Of a stretch of 64,000 bases of DNA, positions 57,579-64,000 are shown in pieces. Source of the DNA: Podarcis muralis (lineage: Eukaryota). Location of the stretch: contig NC_135668.1 of assembly GCF_964188315.1 (NCBI RefSeq), forward strand, positions 37,882,001-37,946,000. Direction: 5' to 3'. The stretch's first letter is position 1. Each line of letters starts with the position of its first letter. The position numbers were made by a program, and so were the translations under genes. The notes below the pieces were generated by a model. That model ran no database searches. It had not been told where the DNA came from and saw only the letters and a program-made list of their open reading frames with translations.

Positions 57579-58914
57579 TATTTCCTAAACCAGTGATGGC
57601 AGTCACCTCTTTTCTCTGAATCATTGGCCTTTTGTTGGTTTACTGCAAAGAGCCTGGATTCACTCCAAGTCCAAATAGCAGCAGCACCTGACTGATCCAC
57701 TGATCATTGTCTTAAGATCACATGGTGCTTAAAGCTGATAATCGGGCCAGAAGATCTACCTTGTCCTGACTGCATGTGACCAGTAAGGCTACACACGCTG
57801 CATTTGTCGGATCTCATTCTTTTGTTGCTCTTGAAGGGCATAACCACATGTTACATGTGGGATGGAGAACCTCAGGTTTGGGGCCAGCTGGGAGCCTCCA
57901 GGTCTCTCTGTCTGGTCCTCAGGACTCTCACTGTTCCTGCTTTGAGTACCTTTGCCCAGAAGGTGTCCTTGAACCCTGTTGATGCCTCTTCCTACTGAAC
58001 AAAAGTAGCAGAGTGGGGGGGGGGGCATGGTTCAGCTTTCCCTCCTTGGCCACAATCTTGGCAAAAAAAGTATCCTCCTGCCACAGAAATTAAAATTAAA
58101 ATTAGATCTGATGGCAGTTCCCCTGCTCTATTGTATCCACACAATTCATGGCAGGGCAGATACCTCCCTTGGCTTTAAAGAATAATAATCACTCTATAAG
58201 GTGGCCATCAACACATGGTGGAATTGATCACACAATGGCGTTTGCAGAATACACACACAAAGAATGTCCGGAGGAGAGGCCCACAGGCTCCAACACAAGA
58301 CAACTTTACCAAGGTCACCCGGTAAGCCAGTAAGAAGATGTGGAACAGCAAAGCACCTCCACGCCTGGACTCCTTGCTCTTAACTAGTAACAATAGTAAT
58401 ACTGATATGGATACTAAAAAAAAAAGGTTTTCTGAGAACAGCAACAACATAGCTGCTGGGCAAATGAAACAATGGAGAAGGAAGAACCTTTCCTGCTTAT
58501 GAACTGGAGGAGAGAGCGTGGAGCGAGGCAATCAGATTTCAAGTTCAAAAAGCAAAGTGTTTACCTTTGTGTTTAGATAATTGGATAGGAGTTGAGCGAC
58601 TTGCAAGACTTATCGTGGTTCAGATCACGCCCTGAGGACACCCAGCTTGCTCCAGTGCCAGCCACATTACAGTACATGGTTATTTGGTCAACCTAAGGAA
58701 ATCTGATAGTCAGCCATTACTTCTCCTTTATGGTACAGCTCAGCTGATAGGCATCTGAGTTGGTCTCAGGTGAACGAAGAAGGAAGCTTGCCTTGTCCCA
58801 GTCTCCCATACCAACAAGAGCACCTGTCTCATGTTTACATTTGGGTCTCTGGGGTGGACAAATGGGTCAAATGAGAAGGGCAAAGGCAGAAGAAAACCTT
58901 GGGCTCCCCCCGAC

Positions 58915-59005
58915 CATTGTTTATTGAGCATTCATCCTGAACTGCATGCTCAAAGTTTATGTGGAGTTTATACAATGTCTGTTCTTTATTCAGCATTTGT
59001 TCTGA
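58915..59005 (+). repeat. Unassigned dispersed module, copy 6 (partial)
   Basis: TGTTTATTGAGCATTCATCCTGA at 58918-58940, second unit tttattcagcatttgttctga. Confidence 0.62.
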
Positions 59006-60321
59006 TCCATTGGGGGGAACGATTATAAGACAAGGCGTGCGCATCCTGAATTTGTGTAGAGGTTATACATCTTTCCATCAATTTACTTGTTGTTCCACAC
59101 TTTCTTCAGCACTTTCCTAACCACAAAACAACCTTTAAAAAGTGGATTTGTTGCAAGAGAGTGCTTTAATCCACTTTAATTGCACAAACCTAAATTTACA
59201 GTATGTGACTGAATCCCTCTCACAAAAAACTGATTATCTGGAGGCACCCCAGAACAGGTGCAGGAGGGAGAAAAGACCAAGGCTGGATTAACCTCTCTCC
59301 TGCAGTATAGAACTCATTTTTTTACACTTCTCTCCTACACTTCTTCCAAGGAGCTTAAAGCGCCATACATGGTTCTCACCACCACCACCCATTTTATCTT
59401 CACAACAACCTCATAAGGTAGGTTTAGTCTGTGAGAGAGGTACTGGCCAAAGTCACCTAAGAAGCTTGATGGCTGCATGGGGATATGAACCACCCTGGCT
59501 GTTGGGATGAAAGATGTTCTCTAGGCTGTATACAAAGTGCTGTATACCTTTAAAGCAAGTTTGAAGCACATTCTTTGCCTCAAAGAGATGGTGGGCCATT
59601 TGCTGGACAGGGGTCCCCAGCCCTGAGTAAACATTCCTGAAGACTCATGGCCACAGGGGTGGGACGAAGGTGGATAATATTGCACTATATTACGTGCAGT
59701 GCAAAACATCCATATTAGCTCTGCTCCCGGCTGGTTGTGGAAAAGTCATGCCTCAGCAGTGCTAACAGACTCTAGTGTGGAAACAATCCTGTTCCTAAAA
59801 TGTCAGGATTTTTATTATTATTTTTAAACCACCACAAAGCCCTATGATGCTCAAATGAGGGAGAACTGAAAAATCAAATTAAAAATGATTTGAGAAAACC
59901 ACTCATAAATTTATTCCACTTTAAAAAAATAATCCATTTCTTTCTCCATGGATTACCCTGTGATGACTATTCCAAATACCATTCCTCAGATAGTGATAGG
60001 CTTCCTCCTTATCTCCAAATTAAATGCATTAATGCATAACTTAATTTATGTCTACCCTCTTCGTATATCCCCATTTTGCTTTGTGCTGGATTTCTCATTT
60101 TAAAATATGCATTGCAATGAAGGTGTGCAAGTTCCCCCATCCTGCACTCAATATACTCAATAGTGTATTGCATTACATTACGTTCTCTCATTTATTAGTT
60201 GGACTGATGGATCCTTCTAGTGGTCATCATTGAAACTGCAACAAAACCTTTGCTGGATTTAGAAATTAGGAGGTGCTTCCAGGCCTGTGTTTATAATGGA
60301 ATGATGTTTCTCAAGCACATC

Positions 60322-60372
60322 TTCTCTTCTCTTCTCTTCTCTTCTCTTCTCTTCTCTTCTCTTCTCTTCTCC
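60322..60372. repeat. (CTCTT)n pentanucleotide repeat
   Basis: Direct read; homopyrimidine mirror tract. Confidence 0.95.
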
Positions 60373-61516
60373 TTTCCTTTCTGCATCCACATGATCTTAG
60401 TGACATAAAAGTGTCAGCCTTTATTCTCCCTACCCCATTTAATCCAGATTTACCAACTTCAGGAAAATAAATTTGATCTTCTTAATTAAAAACAACAACA
60501 CTGTCGCCACTCACCACCCTTCTGTGATGCATGAATGACCCATTTACAGTATGAAGCCCTCTTCTGGAAGCACCCTATGGTAAGAATGAAAATTTTAAGC
60601 ATTATGGGGTTTCTTCAGCGTCCTCCTTCTCATTAGCCCACGGGAGGGGAGTCAGACTATTAGTTCATCTTGCTCTCCCCAGGAAGGCTTACCTGCCACC
60701 TTCATTACACACCAGGCGAAAACATTCCTCTTCTCCCAGGCCTTTGGCTAACTGAAGCATCTATGGACTGACCCTCTCCAGGATCTCAGACACTTTCCCC
60801 AGACCTACTGGGGGATGCTGCGGACTTCTTACAAGCCAAGCGGGTGCTCTGCTACCAATGAACTGCACAGTGGAGCAATTCGGTAATTTTAGATTCTGGA
60901 TTTAATTCAGTTTATTTTAATTATGTATGGCCATGTGGAGGAGGGCGTTGTTGGTGTTGTTTTATGCTTTGCCCAGAGGCATCCCAAAATGATTTGCAAT
61001 ATAATAAAAACATCTATAAATGGCATATATAAAAACAGTTAAAACAATTGTGTTTATTTTTAAAACACATTTATATAAACAGTTTAAAACATCAACAGTG
61101 CAATCAATTAAAATCCAATACCTACTGGGATAATTCATATTCCACATTTAAATGCAAATGAGTATTGCTTTAAAATGTGGCAAGCATCTAGGTGCCCTCT
61201 TGCTCACTTGCCTGAAAGGGACCCTGAATTTCAGCCCTGTACTGCCCTGCCCTGAAGGCACCACAGGAGCTTTTCCATACACCTCCTTCATTCTCCATGC
61301 CTCAGCTTCTCTACCTGTTCACAGTCCTCAGCCTATACCCCAAGACCATAGCTGTCAACTTTTCCCTTTTCTTGCAAGGAATCCTATTCAGAATAAGGGA
61401 ATTTCCCTTAAAAAAAGGAAAACATTGACAGCTATGCCCAAGACACTACTTCTGCTCATGGGGACCATGTACAGATCAGCTTTATCAGAGAAAGCCAATG
61501 TAATTTAGCAGGTACA

Positions 61517-61623
61517 GCAGAAGTGTGCAAACTGTGGCCCTCCAGATGTTTTTGGCCAGTGGTCAGGGCCAATAGGAGTTGTAGCCCAGCAACATCTGGG
61601 AGGCCAAAGGTTAGCCACTCCTG
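61517..61623. mobile_element. Short palindromic hAT/Charlie-like MITE
   Basis: aactgtggccctccagatgtt...caacatctgggaggccaaaggtt. Confidence 0.6.
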
Positions 61624-62049
61624 CTTTACATAATTTCAAGTGCTTCCTTGTATGTTATCTCAGCAATTATTTCAACAGCCTTATTGGTAGTGTAGTGAGG
61701 GCTCCCATCTTGGATGGCTTTAAATGCAGATTAGGAAAATTCATGGAGAATAAGGCTATCAGTGGCTACTGGCCCCAATGGCTGTGTCTCCTTATGCTCT
61801 CAAACGCAATATAGACTAGGGTTCAAAGCTCCGACACAGCAACAACAAAGCTCACTGGTTGATCGGATGGCAATCATTATTTCTCTCTCAGCCTAAGCAA
61901 CCTCGCAAGGCTGTTGTTGTGAGTGTGAAGCTGGCACCAAAATATAATTAATAAATGGATTTGCACACACCCTGCCTTACAGGCGGTAGATAAGAAATGG
62001 AGGTGACAGGGGACCATTTTGTGCTTCCCACTGGAGGCAAGGAGAGCCT

Positions 62050-62820
62050 AAGCACGAACAAACCCATGGCCGAGGTGTCGCTAGAGGCTTGGGGGTGGCT
62101 TTCAAACATGCCTTGACAGGCCTTCAGCCTCAGAAAGGTGAATGGGCGCCAGAGGCCTAGTTGGTATGTTTGTTTATCTCAGCGTTTAAAGCAACAACAA
62201 AAGGTCAGAGTCCGTTGCCGTGGGAGATGCTTTTTTTTTTTTTAAAGCCTCCCACAGCCTTCCCACTGTCCAGCTGAGACAGGCCTATTTACTTGTCAAC
62301 TTCAGTTATTTAATTCATTTCACCACTGTTGAAGAAATAGGCCCAACTCAAAACGTGAAGACCCAGCAACTAGGGGGATGCTGAACTGATAGGGAAGGAG
62401 ATGCATTTGCAACTCTTGCTTGTGCAAAATACACGTTGGGTGGCTTCCGGGTTCCTGGACCTCTTGCAAGATCTTACCAGAAGTCAGAAGCCACAGCCCC
62501 ACAACCGTGATAAGTAAGGCTTTGGTTGCACGGCAGGGGCAGCACCTTCCCGTTTTGCCTTAGGTGGCAAAACAGGATGGGCCGCCCCTGGGCTCTTGTC
62601 TATTTTAACTTGAGCGCCTTTGTGTTTACCATGGCAAAACAATCCTATTGACACAAGCATTGGGCAGCAAATTCCTGTCACTAACAACAGAGCCCTGGGA
62701 AACTTATCTCAGTGGTATATTTGAAGGGAAACAGGAGAATACTCTAGGTCTCTCTATAGAGCAGTTTGCAAACCAGGGGGGAAAGAGAACAGCCTGGGCA
62801 ACTTTGATCACAGGTAAGTA
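62050..62820 (+). promoter_or_regulatory. Candidate promoter/first exon of the next gene
   Basis: Repeat-free, CpG-retaining block with GC box-like gggccgcccc and perfect donor CAG|GTAAGT after 62813. Confidence 0.3.
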
Positions 62821-62986
62821 GTCCCAAACTTTATTCCCTGCTTCAGCTAAGACTATTTACTATTTGAGTCTGTAGTCCGGCAGTTTGGGCTAATGGTTTA
62901 GGCACCTGGGTGACAGATAATACCCTGCACTGCTCAGCAGGTCCATCACCCCAGGATTGCTCAAAACTGTTTTCCCCAGAGTAGAA

Positions 62987-63334
62987 GTAAGGTAAAGGTA
63001 AAGGGATCCCTGACCAATAGGTCTAGTCATGGACGACTCTGGGGTTGTGGCACTCATCTCGTTTTATTGGCCGAGAGAGCCGGCATACAGCTTCTGGGTC
63101 TTGTGGCCAGCATGATTAAGCTGCTTCTGGCAAACCAGAGCAGCGCACGTAAACACCGTTTACCTTCCCGCCGGAGCAGTACCTATTTATCTACTTGCAC
63201 TTCGTGCTTTCAAACTGCTAGATTGGCAGGAACAGGGACCAAACAACGAGAGCACACCCCGTCGTGGGGATTCAAACCGCTGACCTTCTGATCGGCAAGC
63301 CCAAGGCTCTGTGGTTTAACCCACAGCGCCACCC
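62987..63334 (-). mobile_element. Sauria SINE, reverse
   Basis: Reverse complement of the same consensus, several substitutions. Confidence 0.88.
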
Positions 63335-63743
63335 AAAAGCTTGATCTTAGCTCAAAAGGTGGTATTAGATAGAGTTGGATCCACTGGAAGATGGATGGTG
63401 ATTTGCAGTAGATCCAAAAGGGTTTCTTATGTCACCTCCAGTCTATCATTATTCTGTGGGAGGGATTTAATCACATACTGGAAATTTAGGGTTGTGTACA
63501 CACTATGCCTTTAAAATCCATTCAAAGCCCATTCTTTCCCTCAAATAATTTTGGGCACTGTAGTTTGCCCCTTGCAGAGTTGCAATTCCCAGCAAACCCT
63601 TAACCAACTACTGTGTCCAGAATTATTTGAGGGAAATAATGAGCTTCAAAGGTGATTTAAGCATATAGTGTATACAAAAATAAAAAGAATCCTGGACTTT
63701 TTTGCAGTTTGGGGGAGTGGCAGGGTTAAAAGTATGCAAAGGG

Positions 63744-63990
63744 TAGGGGCATGGGGGAGAAATATGATTCAGTTCACATTTAAAGGTGAGGCTGCTTAAA
63801 CCACACTTAAACAATTCACAGACTGAAACGGCACCATCCTTTGAGATTTGCACTTCTTCAAATTTTGCAATAATGTTCGCCTGCCAAGCACTAGGTTACT
63901 GTGTGCATAAAAATGCATATATTCATAATAGCAACATACAAAACTGCATTATATTTTTGAAAACTGCTTGTGGTTTGTCTTTTTGAAAGG
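63744..63990 (-). mobile_element. TAGGGATG hAT-like element fragment
   Basis: gggggagaaatatgattcagttcacattt...aaattttgcaat. Confidence 0.5.
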
Positions 63991-64000
63991 GGGAAAGGAT

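Overview
Vertebrate genomic DNA from a squamate reptile, most likely a lacertid lizard (inferred from Sauria/Squam SINEs and Bov-B). One protein-coding gene is firmly supported: PRR35 (C16orf11), the ZNF750 paralogue, on the + strand. Its coding exons are 47442-49078 and 51011-51944 (856 aa, hand-spliced; N-terminal CCHC zinc finger, C-terminal PLDLS motif). Its non-coding first exon is not certain; candidates are 12091-12160 and 32963-32989. The rest is repeat-rich non-coding DNA: Sauria, Squam2-like and Squam3-like SINEs, Bov-B, L1, L2 and CR1 fragments, Penelope-like pLTRs, hAT and Tc1/mariner MITEs and microsatellites. Nearly all other entries in the ORF track are spurious or shadows of repeats. 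The most interesting unexplained signals are: (1) a ~100-200 bp Forkhead/GATA-bearing module I cannot assign to a known family, recurring six times around PRR35; (2) an L1 3' fragment flanked by a 194-bp direct duplication with one-sided CpG decay; (3) a decayed hammerhead ribozyme in a Penelope-like pLTR; (4) a coding-like minus-strand relic at 1.9-4.2 kb. No prokaryote-type system (CRISPR, operon, rRNA) is present. Repeat family names come from remembered consensus sequences, not database searches, and repeat boundaries are approximate unless a target-site duplication (TSD) is quoted.
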